DNA of 64,000 nt, taken from Tubiluchus corallicola (Eukaryota > Animalia > Priapulida). A program made the position numbers and the translations under genes. Positions within the stretch are counted from its first letter, which is position 1, and each line of letters begins with the position of its first letter. Location: contig JAQGDQ010000091.1 in assembly GCA_030141605.1 (NCBI GenBank), positions 558,001-622,000 on the forward strand. The letters are read 5' to 3'. A model generated the notes under the pieces. The model made no database searches. It was not told the origin of the DNA and saw nothing but the letters and a program-made list of their open reading frames with translations. Of the stretch, positions 25,401-47,894 are shown one piece after another.

Positions 25401-26705
25401 AAATATGTGCGCTAAAATTATATGCAGTCAGGACTTGGGAGATTCGTTTCTGACTACCTCTTCGTCTGTATAACTGGAAGTACAATTCGTACTCGTGGTT
25501 TCGGTGATTCATTCCATTTTTTTCTAATTTTTTTATAATTTACATTAAACTGAGAAGTGTAGCTGACATTGATAACCAATTCTCCATTTGCTACCATTCT
25601 CCTGCACCCCCATGACACTTATGCATATTTTAATGGCAATTGTTAGCTAATTATAGCACTTATTGTTTATCTTGTAATTTTGGTGTTAATTAGATGATAA
25701 ATGGAAAATGCCTATATCTATAGACAAAATGTTTTCACACATAGAGCTTTTCCACACTATGCTAGGTGAACACTATGTAGCAAAATACATTTAGCATCAG
25801 TCTAACAGGAAGATATTGCAGGACAACTGTAAACTCTTTCTCTATGTCAATAAAAAAACACAATTCTCTAATCAGAGCTTTACGAGTGATGTCACTTTAA
25901 TCAAACACTATTTCACAACTAAAAATTCAGTCTGTAGATACCATTACCTCTAATCAAAATCTAAGAGCTTTAAAAAGTTTTAAGCAATGTCAAGAATAAA
26001 AAAGTGTCAAGGATTCACTGCATATGAAAGTAGTACTAATTCACTACTAATTAAAGTAAGTACCCAAAATCCTTGACACTATTTAACTTTTTGATACTTC
26101 TTGATGCTGGTTTCCCTTTTTGTACTTGGTGTTTCCTAGGCACTGGTTTGCCCCTTTTCCCTGGACATACATGACTTGTTTTTTTCCTGTGATGCTCTAA
26201 TTAGTAAGACCCACAGATACAGACAAATAAGACAATTATTTACTGTCACTTAATTAACAAACGTCTAACACATTTTGCTTACTTCCAATGTGCTTGCTCC
26301 TTGGGCTATTTACTTTTACTGACTGATTTTCACTGAGAAGCGGCAAATGAAATTAGTTTTTTGCAGTTATTTTTCCATCTGTGATATGCTTGTTTCTGTT
26401 TACATGTCCATTATGAAGATGGGATGTGAACTTTGTATTTAACTTTTTGGCCATATATTAATGAACTAGCTTGTATCGCATTGTAAACTTCTGTTATTTT
26501 GGTTCATATTTGGTATGTTATTAGTACTAATTCTTGTTAAATAATGTATAAAGTTTTAAATGTTGACCTGTAATTTAAAAAGCTCACCATAATTGTGGTA
26601 TATTTTCTTTACAGGTTCTTGGTAAAGTTTAAATGACTTTTTGGAAGTCAACTTAGTTGGGTTATAAGACACTGTCAGGCAGTCTTACGCTGCTTGCGAA
26701 AGACC

Positions 26706-35279
<8,574 letters not shown>

Positions 35280-38200
35280 ATTATGAATAATACTTAGAAC
35301 AACAGAATGGCTGGCAGAGAGAATTTTTTTTGAAAAACTTATGCATGTTTGTGCTTGTCTTTGAAATTATCAGAGGCCCTATCAGAAATTATATTAATTT
35401 TGCTATGGAGAATATCTGGCCTTTGCAAAAAAAGGCTAAAACATGGTAATATTCAAGTTGAACAACAAGGTGTTTTTTCTGTTTAGGTGTGTTAGCATGG
35501 CAGTTCATCAGAGATTTTGTTATATCTTATGTCATCTCTTCGTGTTAGTAGTCTATTGTAGTTTTTTATTTATTTTTTGACAGAAGTTTTATGGCTAGGA
35601 AAGATAGCACTGATGTGCCAGGCCTATCTGTACTGTGGAACTAATTTCTAATCAAAAATGGGCACTCTATAATTATGATAGAACGCTTAATGAATCCAGA
35701 AAAGCTTTTGGGTCTTTACAATAACATTCTCATTTTTATACAGTATACATGACAAATTTAGTATTAATTATACCAACATACGAATTTCTAATTAACTTTA
35801 CGTGGTATCTAATGGTAAGTGGTTTGTATATGTGATAGATACATTCCAAAGAAAACTTTATTTTATTTTATTTAAAAGTACACAGAACCTTAATATATAA
35901 TATGTATATAGTATTATATATATATGTATATGTATATACATACAATATACAATAATATACTGGAGACGGATTTATTCATATTATTATTATTATATTTAAG
36001 TGAAGTATTTTGTGTTAGATGTGTGACCCTTGGAGAAGTAAGATACATTGGAGATTAGAAAAATATTGCTGAATATTTGTTTAGTAATTCATACTAATTA
36101 TATACATAACTAAAATTATTTCTCTGGCTATATGTTTTCAAATTTGATATAAATGACACAATATGCATGTTAAGAATATCTCAACGTTGAGTGCTTCACT
36201 AGGCAATATTTTGTAAATTTCTGCAATTAATAACTTGTAACAGTTGTTGACTATCGACAAATTAAGTCCTTATTTTCTTTATGAGATATTTGAAATTGAT
36301 GAGATTGCTCAAACAGTAATCTGCTAAAACGATAATAAACCATTGTTCCAATCAAAGTGTTACCTGTTCAAATCAAAGATTACTGTGACATTTGATCTTT
36401 TATTTGTTTCTTACGCATGTATTAACGTATTAATTACATTCCGTAGTGGCTAGATGAGCATCTTCAGTTGAACATAAGTCATACAACAGAAGGCAAAACC
36501 AAAAAACACACACACACAGTAGATATAGATATAGATAGATAGATAGACAGTAAATGATTAAATGATTTTAGCAATGTCTTATTGGCTCAAGGTCATACAG
36601 TGGAGTGAATATAGTAACATTTTGATTTATTGTAAAATATCAGTAGTAAATGGCCAGTGATTTTTATCTGCAACAAAGAAAAATGGGCAGTATGTACAAA
36701 ATGTTGTCGCACAACATTTTTATGGAATCCCAGATCTCGGCCTGTAAAGGGTCATGCAGAGGTCCTTAAAACAGGAATCTATGAACAGCACTGATTGGCA
36801 TATCAAAGTAACGCCATACCGTCTTCTTCTATTGTTAGTTTTACAAGGTTGTGAAGGTCAGCATATCCAAGGAAAATGCAAGTTACTTCCTTCACATAAA
36901 AACTTAAATATTTGCTTCATAAAGTTGCAAAGAGTACAACTAAAAAAATTAATAAGCAACTAAAAATTTGGGAAAATAAAGAGAGGAAAAGGTGCCGTTT
37001 GGCAGCATCAATAATGTTTTCATGATGTGCGATATAGGCTACTGCCGCAGTCTAGTTTGCATTGACTTCCCATTGATTGGCTTTAATGAACAATAAAATC
37101 TGTCCCTCAAGGGCTGTTGCGATTGTATACTTTGAGCTGGTAACCAAAAGTGCTGTTCAACTTTTAAAAAGTAAGCTTGAATGAAACTGTAAACACTGAA
37201 AACTATAAAAGCAGTATGAACCCCCCCTCCAAAAAAGTAATTTGTTTTACAGTTTTACCTAAAACAATTTTACATTTGTTTATCAGAAAAATGGCGAATT
37301 TGTTTTTTTTTCAAATATGTGAAAGCTCATAGTTAAAGGTAAAGTTATTACGATGGCCCGTGTCCTTATCATAACCTTGAATATAGATTGCTTTGCTTTA
37401 GTTCCTGCTGATTAAACACCATGCATACTTTCAAGACAGGCGTTTCGCAATGACATAAATGTTGCTTATTTGTCGTGCTTAATCAGCGACAACTGTTGCC
37501 AGCCCCTTAAAATTCTTTTCAGAAAATAGAATAAAACTGGAAGGTTATATTGTTATCGCTATGGATTTCTTCTTTGCAGCATATTACTGATCAAACGTCT
37601 GGGCTGTCAAATTGTTACGCAGATGTTTCTCGTTGACACAGGGTTTCATTCACTAACGTAAACTAAGCAAAAGATTCTGGCGATTGTGGCTAGCTTTATA
37701 TTTACTTAATAAATTTTGTATTACATTTAATGATTAAAGCAAGAATGTGCGCTTTGTCGAAAAACTGAGAAAGGGAAAATTTAATAATTGTGGTATTTTA
37801 TAGTAAGCGTTTTACCTAGTAATTTTTTGCCCTACTGTGCCTTTTGATATGATACAAAATGTCCATGTGGTAATTCACGGACCCATCTATAAACAAGGCA
37901 GCCCCATTTATAAAGATAGAATCTGTTGTGTTTTGTCGGCCAGTTGGTGACTGGATAAATTAAACTGGTGATAAGCCTTGTACAACACTCACTTGAATTC
38001 GGTTATAGTCACTGGTGACTATGCCTGCAATTCTGCGGATCCAAATTGCAAAGTCTCTGCGTTACCAAGTTTTCAAACAAAAAACACCCATAATCCATTT
38101 ATCAAAACAGGCCTGAGTCTCTTTCCAAATGTTCGAGTTGCAAAAAAGTTGTTCATGCTAACGACCAGTAACCAAATGGAAAGGTTATTTTGCAAAGTTT

Positions 38201-39660
38201 TTGCAATAGCCACTTACCAGTTGTTCTAGTGTGCCCGGGCTACAAAGTGCCTAGTAACCAAGTGCTCGGTTGTGCCCTGTCCTAATTACCTATGAGTTAG
38301 CATCGCCGCATTAACAAGCGTCCAAATAAATTGCATTCACGCAGTTATAAAGTATTCGAGTTATGTTTATGCGTTAATTTTACCAAATGTCCGAGTTACC
38401 AAACATTTCAGACATAAATGTCCATGCAGTAAGTGTTCAGATTACCAAGATGTGCATAAGTGCTCACATTATTTACCTCGTAGTCCGGATGTTCACATGG
38501 AGAGTCTGGACATCAAGTCGCTGGGTTTTGAATTTAAAAAAAACCACGACTCTATGTTGTTAAAACTACAATCCTGGCACTCTAGAAACTTAGTATCAGG
38601 TTTTCCCAAATTCCTCTATAAAATACTAAATTTTGTATAATATCTTTATGAGCTGTGGACATTTTTATATGCAGTTAAGCACTCTTCAAGCTGGAATCTA
38701 GCTTTCAGTCCTAGGTCTTACTTAATGAAGATACCTTGCGCCAGGACAGGAACCCTCATCAACGGAAGCTTGTATTTTAAGACGAGATACTGAGTCTTTT
38801 GCATGCTTCTATTGAAATGTGTTATCTCGTACAATTATGTTATTTAATTATGTAATTTAGCGTTTGTAAACAGCACACACGGCATTAGCTAATGATAATA
38901 ATCTGCTCTCAGACACCACATCAATCCATACATTGCATGGCACTGCGACCACCTGCACACTACCTGATCGATGAGCGACGAACGACTTCACTCGCACGGA
39001 CAGTTTCCTATAGAATGATATGACACTGCATAAAGAATCGAAACGCACAGGTAGTTTGCACAGGTATGCGGTCGTGGAACGTACAGTGACAGTTGCAAAT
39101 TTGTGATTACGTTCAATCAATTGAGTTTTGATGATCAGGCATGTTTAATCTTTGTTGCCTTTTGAGTTGCGCTTGAGTTTCGTTGCAGTAACTAGACGCA
39201 TTTGTGTAAATAGTGAGATGATTCGATTTGTCAATGCTATCATAATAAATTCAAATTGGGCCTGAAACAGCACAACTTTTGTGTGAGCATTAATATGGTA
39301 TGTCGTTAATGTTACGCACTGGCTTCACTGAGTTCTGAAGTTCATCCTTTCGGTGAATCAGGGCAATTTTCGATTCTCATGTCCGGATTGTCATCTTGAG
39401 ATAACCTTGATGCTATCGTCGCGGTGTACATCATTTATGAGATCATTCATTGCGACCGATCTGTTGTAAGCGCTTTTAATCAATTAATTAATAGTCGTAG
39501 AAAGAGTACAAAGTCGGTGCTCATGTTCAAAAACTTACAAAGAGTAATATAAATAATGGGATCAGTGATTTCGCTGTTTTTCTAATGAAATTTGATCCCC
39601 TTTCTCCACTCTCTTAATTACTTTCTTAATCGCAAGCAAACTCTCTCTCATTCTCTATGT

Positions 39661-40122
<462 letters not shown>

Positions 40123-40484
40123 GTTGATCTTTTTCCGTCCTCCTTTTAATTTTTCGCCCCCCCCTTTTATCTTTTTTCCCACTTTCACTTGCTCACTGTT
40201 TTGCCCCTTTTCCTTCAGCTCTCTTCTCCCTTTTTTATCCCCAGTATAGCACTTCTCGATGTTGCTTACTAAATGTCTTAAACAACATGTGCTGCTTGTT
40301 TGACAACCTGTGTAACTTTTTATTTTAAAGAGATATTAATCATTTAACACAGTATTCGTCTCAACACAATATTGCTGTGACCTTTATTGCGTTTATTCAA
40401 AACAATGATGACGGTGATGAAGATAATGGTGGTAGTGGAGGTGGTGGAGGTAGTGATGATGACGACGACGATGTTGATGATAGT

Positions 40485-40590
<106 letters not shown>

Positions 40591-43500
40591 ATTAATCTTC
40601 CATTTTAAAATACATTTTTGCAATACACAAATGGGCTTCTAGTTACAAAATAAAGTTTTAAGTTAATATATATAAGCATAGGTACTTTAATGATACAATG
40701 TTAAGTAACGTATAGCTAATACAATCTTAGCAGAGAGTCAAAAATTATAAGCAGAAAAATACACTCGCCACTGTTAAAATTGTTACGCAGTATGATCATT
40801 ATTTAACCACAGTCAAGTGATATTCACCTTAATTATTGAAAATAATTTTTACGTCCATGTGAGGACAACTAATTTGTCTTTGAAGTATGTATATCATTGT
40901 TAGTTTCAGTATGGCAGAAATATGAACTAGACTTTTACAGATCATTTAAACATTTAAACATTACAACTTATGTCAATAATAAAATTTCCTTTACAATATT
41001 TCAAATAATTCAAATGTCAGAAAAAAGGGCCATCTGCTAATTCTTTTTAAAAGTTTAGTCTCCTTTTTGGCTTACAATGTCACTGTGTACAATTAATGGT
41101 TACCGGCTAGATTTAATTGTCGTATAATTGCGTATATGTGACGTTGAAGTTATACTAATTGGCGCGGGCGCAACAACTAACAATAATGGGTTTAAAACTG
41201 ATGTTTCGTGACAATTATGTTGCAAGTTACGATCATGGCTGCAACAGTGGCGCGTTGCGTGCCAAATTGTTGTACAGATTGTACTGTACTACGCAGGACT
41301 CTAATTTATACACGCTCTTGTGATTTACTGAGTACATTTCGCCACACAATAATCAATACCGAGATACGTGCCCTAAATTAGCGTCAAACTTACAGATATA
41401 CATTTATATAAGTTTTGCCGCGAAATTCTGTTACGCGCGGCTAAATTATTATCATACTCATGTTATTATAGTCAAAAGGCGTACAGATGCAATTTCCTGA
41501 CGTAGATACGGTAATTTATTTAACTATCCATCGATCCACCTAACATTTAATTCCCCAGAATGACACTCATAAAGCAGCAGTTGGAACGATAAGTTGCATC
41601 CGGCTCAAACTTCGTATTTAGGTACTTATGTTGTATTATTTTCTAACATTCTACCCATTCAAGCCGTCTCTAAAAACAAAATTAGTGATATTTTTACAGT
41701 TACATACAGGGTCGAAATAATGAAGTGCCGAAATCACTGAATCGCAGCTCAGAGGCTCTTTCCTTTTGCCATTGCTTTTTTCTTCTTCTCGAAACGGGAT
41801 GCAAGATGACATTTGTTTTTTTTATGTTTTTGGAAGCTTGCAGCTCACTTTATTATTTGCTTGCATGAAGGTTCTTGTAAATATTTCTATTTGTGTGCGC
41901 GCCCTGTGTGTTTGTGCATGCATGTGCGCGTGCGCGTGTATACTTTTTGACATCCTATTGAACCTTTATCTGAGGAAACATTTTGCCAAGTATATGTCTA
42001 GCTACGCACGGAAGAATTACATTACGGTAATCACTAGTCGAACTTGATGTATGATAGGTGGCAGTAGCAGCATTGTCACAGCGCTAGAGATGCCCCTGTG
42101 TATTACTTAATCATTTTCAAATAAAGAGTCGCTCGCTAATTGATCATTCCGTTAATGCATTCACCCGATGTTAATTTGTCCAGTCGCAGACACGCTCACC
42201 GCTCTGCGTGTTTTATTATGAGTTACGAACAGATCAGAATGACATGCTGGAATTAATTTGTGGGCTTCACTTTCAAACTCCGTGAATTGACGGTGACATT
42301 ATTTTTCGTTGATTATTCTCTGCAGAAGTCACCAGAAGACTACAGAAATCACCATTTTCAGCATTTCTAATGTATAGAATTTGCTCGGAGCTACTCTCGA
42401 TCGTTGACTGCTTCTAATAGGCAATGCATACAGCGTATTATTCCAGGACGGGTCCTCTCTCTCTCTCTCTCTCCTTAATCCGTTTCACACATTTATGGCA
42501 GGCCATTCGCGTGTCTGTTTACACATCACAATGACTATAACCCCGTATGCATTAGGTAGAAAATACTCTATCCGTAGTGGACTTTCTAGATCAAGATCTG
42601 AAGATCTGATATAAACGGTCGCACGGCCAGAGAGACTACTACGGGTAGAGGACGTTCCTTGTGTAGTCACAGATATTGTCCACATTTAGCACCCGGATTA
42701 ATTTTTGTAATGGAAATAAGACTCAGCGCTCTGGTGGCACAGCGAAACGCTGACGGTCTGACCAAGCACTTTTTATTGCATGTGGAGGCCCCAACAGTAT
42801 GATTTTAATGAAGCAGAGGCAAAATTAATCCACATGTCTCCATGTAGTGCAAACGAGGTAACAAGTGGGCCAACCCTGTCATTGTCGCTTGCACTGCAAC
42901 AACCGCTTCTTGCATTTCAAATTCCAACTTGATAAATTCTCGATATTTGCTAGAAGGCTTAGATGGGTTATTATTTTTGTTATGTCTTTGCTATTACAGA
43001 TGTTGATGTATTTGAAACTGTTGTCATTACTATAACTTGAAAAATTTTCTTTTTAGGCGATCAAATCATCACTTACATAACTACAATTGAAACGACACGT
43101 AGTGAGTGCTTCTCATTCTCTTCATAACATGAGAAGGTTCAGTCTACTGAATAAAGAGTAGTAGGAGAGATGAACGAGTTCATGTACACAGCGACGCGAG
43201 CAATAATTAACTGTAGCTACTTGGTTTCAAATTTTCAGCGTTGGTCTGATTCAAGTAGCGTTTACCTGCTGCGTCTATAGTGAGTAACTGTGAACAAAAT
43301 TAATTACCGCGTAGCTCAGCAGAAGTATCGAATCGCAAATGCTCTTCGATGGTAGAATAGTTAATTACTGGCTGAAGCAAACGCCGTAAATTACTGCAAG
43401 CAGAAATCCCATAGATAACTCTTTCGTCCTTCAATGTTGGTCCATGTTTCACCTGCAAAGTTCTTTTCTTTTATTAAGCAACATGAAAAATTTTCTACCT

Positions 43501-43860
43501 GAATACTAGCAAAAAAGTGCATTGCCTTAGCTAGTCAAAGGCAAGCTTGCCTTTGAGTGCGCTCCAGTTTCCATCTTTGATTATCAATACCTATTACATC
43601 AGTCATGGCAGCTGCGCCCTGTAAAACCTGCTTCAGTTACTAAAAGCCAAATTGAGAAATAACTATTATCAGTAGCGATGAAGAGCACACAGGCTAGAGA
43701 GTGGATCAATATTACGTGATAAGCTAATTTTCCCAATAACTTATACTACCTATGTTGAGCCTTCATTGTTTCTTTTTCGTGCTACAGTGTGTTCAGAGAG
43801 GGATAAGCAAACGCATGCAAGAGAAAAGATGAACAAATACACACCGCCGAGTTAGAAAGC

Positions 43861-44614
43861 ATGGGTACAATTGTAAGCTGCGTTAGCAAAGGTGAAGAAG
43901 CAATGAATATAAATATAGCTAATGTCAAACGCAGCCACCACCTTGCGAAAAAGAAAGATGAAGACGATTCTCAGCATATAGAAGATAAGGTCGTTGAAGT
44001 CATGGAAAACAAGATGTTTGCAGGGTTGACGCCTGGACCAAACATTACCTCAAAATCCCCTTACAGCAGTAAGTCGTCTTCACCAAAAACTGAGCAGACT
44101 CACGTGAGTAGTGTGCAAGGCAAAAGCAATAAGCATACCACCTATTCTTTCTATAGTAATTCCACTGTTACAACTGAACAGGTATTAACTGTGGCTGGAT
44201 CATCAGTAGCCATTAACAAATGCTTGAGTAGTGAACGTCTACTGACGCCCACAGAACAGGTAGAAGTTGTTCATCAGGTTGAATCCATGATCATAAACGT
44301 TTCCAAAAACATCGAAAGCACCGAAAACTCATCTCCATGGACGCCAGATATGTCAGATCTAGAAAAAGAACACAGTCCACTCGCGTCTCCAACTTTAGGC
44401 GCTGATATTGCTATTCATCCTGATTTTGGAAACAGAACCAAACCAAAGTCTTTATATGACATTCAACACGAAAGCAAGGATATGAATGATTATATGAACC
44501 CGGCGTTAATAGCTTTTGATTCGGTCAGTAAAGATGAATTTTGGACAGCAATCGACGAAAGTTCACCAACAAATCGAAGGGCAGCGTCGTTGAAGAAAAG
44601 CGAAAGCCTTCAAG
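43861..44614 (+). CDS. First coding exon (251 codons, phase-1 donor) of an unidentified gene; predicted N-myristoylated/palmitoylated, Ser/Thr-rich N-terminus
   Basis: Longest non-repeat host ORF in the window; AGC-ATG-G start with an in-frame upstream stop at 43804; MGTIVSC; acceptor TTTTCGTGCTACAG ending 43787; donor AAG|GTATGT at 44614/44615. No recognisable domain and no downstream exon identified. Confidence 0.7.
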
Positions 44615-44910
44615 GTATGTACCAGACGTTCACAATGCGTATGCGAAATTGCTTAAGCCTAATAGATATGAAGTCGTCCTAAGTTATTTTAAACGTTTGA
44701 CTTTTCACTGTTTTATTTGTCTGATAAAGAGGGTTTTAAGGTAAATACATCAAGTTTTATAACATTGACACTAGAATTCATTGAAGAACGCCCATTAGAC
44801 AAGCTAATAAAAACACTAGACCAAAAAAGTCACTATTATATGCCACTTCATAGGCAACCTCAATAAATTCAGCAAATATGGTAAATGATACTGTTTGTAA
44901 TCTAAATACC

Positions 44911-45308
44911 CAGAGCCGTCTTAACGCGTGGGCACGCTGGGCAGTTGCCCGGGGGGGGGGGGGTATTACATGAGCATATTGGGCCCCATGCTAATCTATA
45001 TATATTGGCAATAAATACTATACCATACTAAACTACAAATATTTGTTATTGAGTTGGAAGTCGAAGTTGGCATTCGTTGAAATTTTTGTGTTTTTCAAAG
45101 CTCATTTAATATTGTTCAAAGATTAACCTTTACTGTACAGCACTTTTCTTAATGTTTAAACAATGATATTGTTGAAAGTACCAGCATAGTAAATATATGT
45201 TTAATATTGTCGATCATTTACTTTTTTATTTCTGTGAGTGGTTGTATCGGTAGAGGTCCTAGCGCACTGCTTTGCACGGAAGCCTATAATGCAGTTAAGA
45301 CGGCCCTC
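44911..45308. mobile_element. hAT-type MITE, about 400 bp
   Basis: TIRs CAGAGCCGTCTTAAC / GTTAAGACGGCCCTC; eroded 8-bp TSD TAAATACC vs TATATATC (6/8); GGGCA/GGGCCCC subterminal motifs. Confidence 0.7.
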
Positions 45309-46149
45309 TATATATCACTTAATTTTCACTGCCTTCAGAAATTAAAATCTCTATAATTGATTCTTTGCCAGTAGGTGAAACTACTTTGCATGCAATAATC
45401 ATAAGCTATTAGAGGCATGAAACAAGTTTCTCAAATTTTAATTCTTCCACATCGTGCATCTATGCGCAAAGTGTGAAAATTAATAATCAGAAAGAGAAAT
45501 TCATAAAAAAATAAACCACAAGAAGATAGAGTCAAAGTTCAATTAAAAATATAAAGTTTTAATGAAAGCCAAAATACACGTGAGACTTGCGTTTTCCTTT
45601 TAAATGCGAATACTTTTATTATAGATTTAGTTATCGACGTTTCCAGGAAGATTCTAAACTACCTGCTACCAGTATAAGCAGTTAATTAGTTTCTCAAAGA
45701 AATCCTTCAGTCCAGCCTGCAGATATGCTCTAAGTATAGTCTTCAGTATCTCCCGACCTTCCTTATACATTGATCGTTAGAAACGAAGCGCTTCATTTGG
45801 GTAGATTTCTCATAGCTATAACATTACTAATAGGCGAAGCCATATTATGAGCTGAAACCTTGAATTTGAAGTGTGTTGAACTACAGTTACTGCACAGTGC
45901 ATAGTTATTTTAGGTAACACTATGTACGTGATCAGATTATGGCATGCAGTCTATAACTGTATAATTATTATAAATGACTTCTTACTTGCACGCAGGTGAA
46001 AGTGTATGAAGCAGAATAATTATAAGGATTTGTAATAATCGTACAGCAGAGTATGTAAGCTGTTTAACTGTGGTTTGAATGGGCTACTTCATATTCATGT
46101 CAAAAAGACCATTAAAGATAAACGTTACCTTTATTTAATTACACTGAGC

Positions 46150-46620
46150 AATCATTTAAAAAGAAGACTATCGGACCTATAATTATTAAGAAGGGCACAT
46201 AAAGAAAATGAAACTAAATTATTTACGTCCCAAATAGAATTACAATGTTTCCGTGCTTTTAACCCGGAAAATTAACCAGGCAGTACAGAGGGACAGATTT
46301 CTAAGCCAAATTTTATAACCAACATTTCTGAACTAAGCCTTACCTGTTCTACTTATTTCAGTCCTTAATTGGACTGCATTTCTAAGTCTCGAAGAATAAA
46401 AATGACAAAATTGGCATCCTAATCTAGATAAATGCGGCTAGAACTCTAACTTAACAAATAAAAAACACCAAATGAAAGTTTATCAGGCTTTCACACCGTC
46501 ATATTGGAGCTGTGTCGTCGAGATCTGGGCGGACGGATGCAGCTTCACCCTCACCCAATCCAGAGAGTAATCTCAAAACAACTAAACTCTGCCAGTTTAG
46601 TGCACTAAAAGGTTTATAAC
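46150..46620 (+). mobile_element. Ancient LINE (CR1/L2/Jockey-like) ORF2 fragment
   Basis: Broken-frame remnants FNPE(N) and VYQAFTPSYWSCVVEIWA resemble the post-RT motifs FNPxK and LYKxxIRxxLEYCxxVW in the right order. Weak. Confidence 0.3.
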
Positions 46621-47894
46621 TTCACTTATACGCACATATTAGCTCCTAAGTCCTGATACCCCTTTAAGATAAATAGAACTCGCCAATCAGAAACTAGGAA
46701 TATGTTTAGTCAATATTATTTTTGATTGGACTGTCAATTTAAAGCAAAAGAAAATCCTCCACTTAGTTAAAAGTTGAAAAATTCGTCTTGAAATTTTATA
46801 TCACTTACGTTATGCCTTTTTGCGTATTAGACTTGCGACGCCAATAACGCTGTATAAAACATGTAAATTTAGACGCAGTCATTTGACGATAAGTCATTTG
46901 AAACAACTTAAGATAACATCGTGTAAACTTTGAAAAAATAATCAGGGCATTCGTAGCTTCACACGTCACTAACTAAATAAAATTTAAAATTACTGTATCT
47001 TGTCAATAAGACTAAAAATACGTTTTTGGTTAGTGAGTGGTGCATCCTGTAGTGTGAGCCAGCGACATTTTTCCAATTGGTGAAAGTATTTTAAATAAAT
47101 AGTAATTTTTTCTAGTTACCTAAGTCTTTTATGCTGGTAAGCGAAATGCTAAGTAACATAATTTTGCATTTCCTTTTCCTCCCCTGATTTACGTTTGCGT
47201 AAGTGACGCCATGTAACGGCGCCGTCGGAACAGTATTGTGGAAATTTAAAATGAAAGCAAACAAAAAAATCCCTTCAACGCAAATACAATATACGCGTAA
47301 AATTGCTATAAAGTAATATAATTTTTAAGGCGATTTTTCTGAAACCTACTTCAGGTACCCCTTTTCTTGTCCTTTAAGGCATGGTATGTTAGCACTTACA
47401 CCTGAAAACAGAAACGCATTAAGATTAATCAGTTTTGACTACATTTACAACGTCATATGCCTTGATGTATGCGGCTACCAACAATCAGAATTGTTCCTTG
47501 CCCAGCCACTAGATGGCAATATGATGCTATATAATATATGGAATCTTATATTAAACAAAAGAGGTACGGGTCATACTAGGTAGAAAAAATTTATGCAACT
47601 AGCGTTCATATCTTTTTTAAGCGAGCTAACACCTCGCGCCATAGTACAATAAATAAGTATCAGATTTTAATAGATGAAACTTTTCTTTACTTCAATTCTG
47701 ATTGATTCTGATTCATTTTCAGAAACTTTAGTTCTTATAGACATCCCTTCAGAGATATTAATTCTTGTATGAACCAGTAACTTGGTCTATTTCAATGCTT
47801 AAACAATTACATTCTTTACGATTTAGATTCCTTTCCAATCCTCTTTCATGAAGCTGATTTCCATTTAAATGTTTTCAAATACCCCTTATTTCTA

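Noticed and set aside
39180-39440. Possible Penelope-like RT fossil on the minus strand (HRDD...SNH)
   Set aside because: Only two short motifs in broken frames; needs a profile search.
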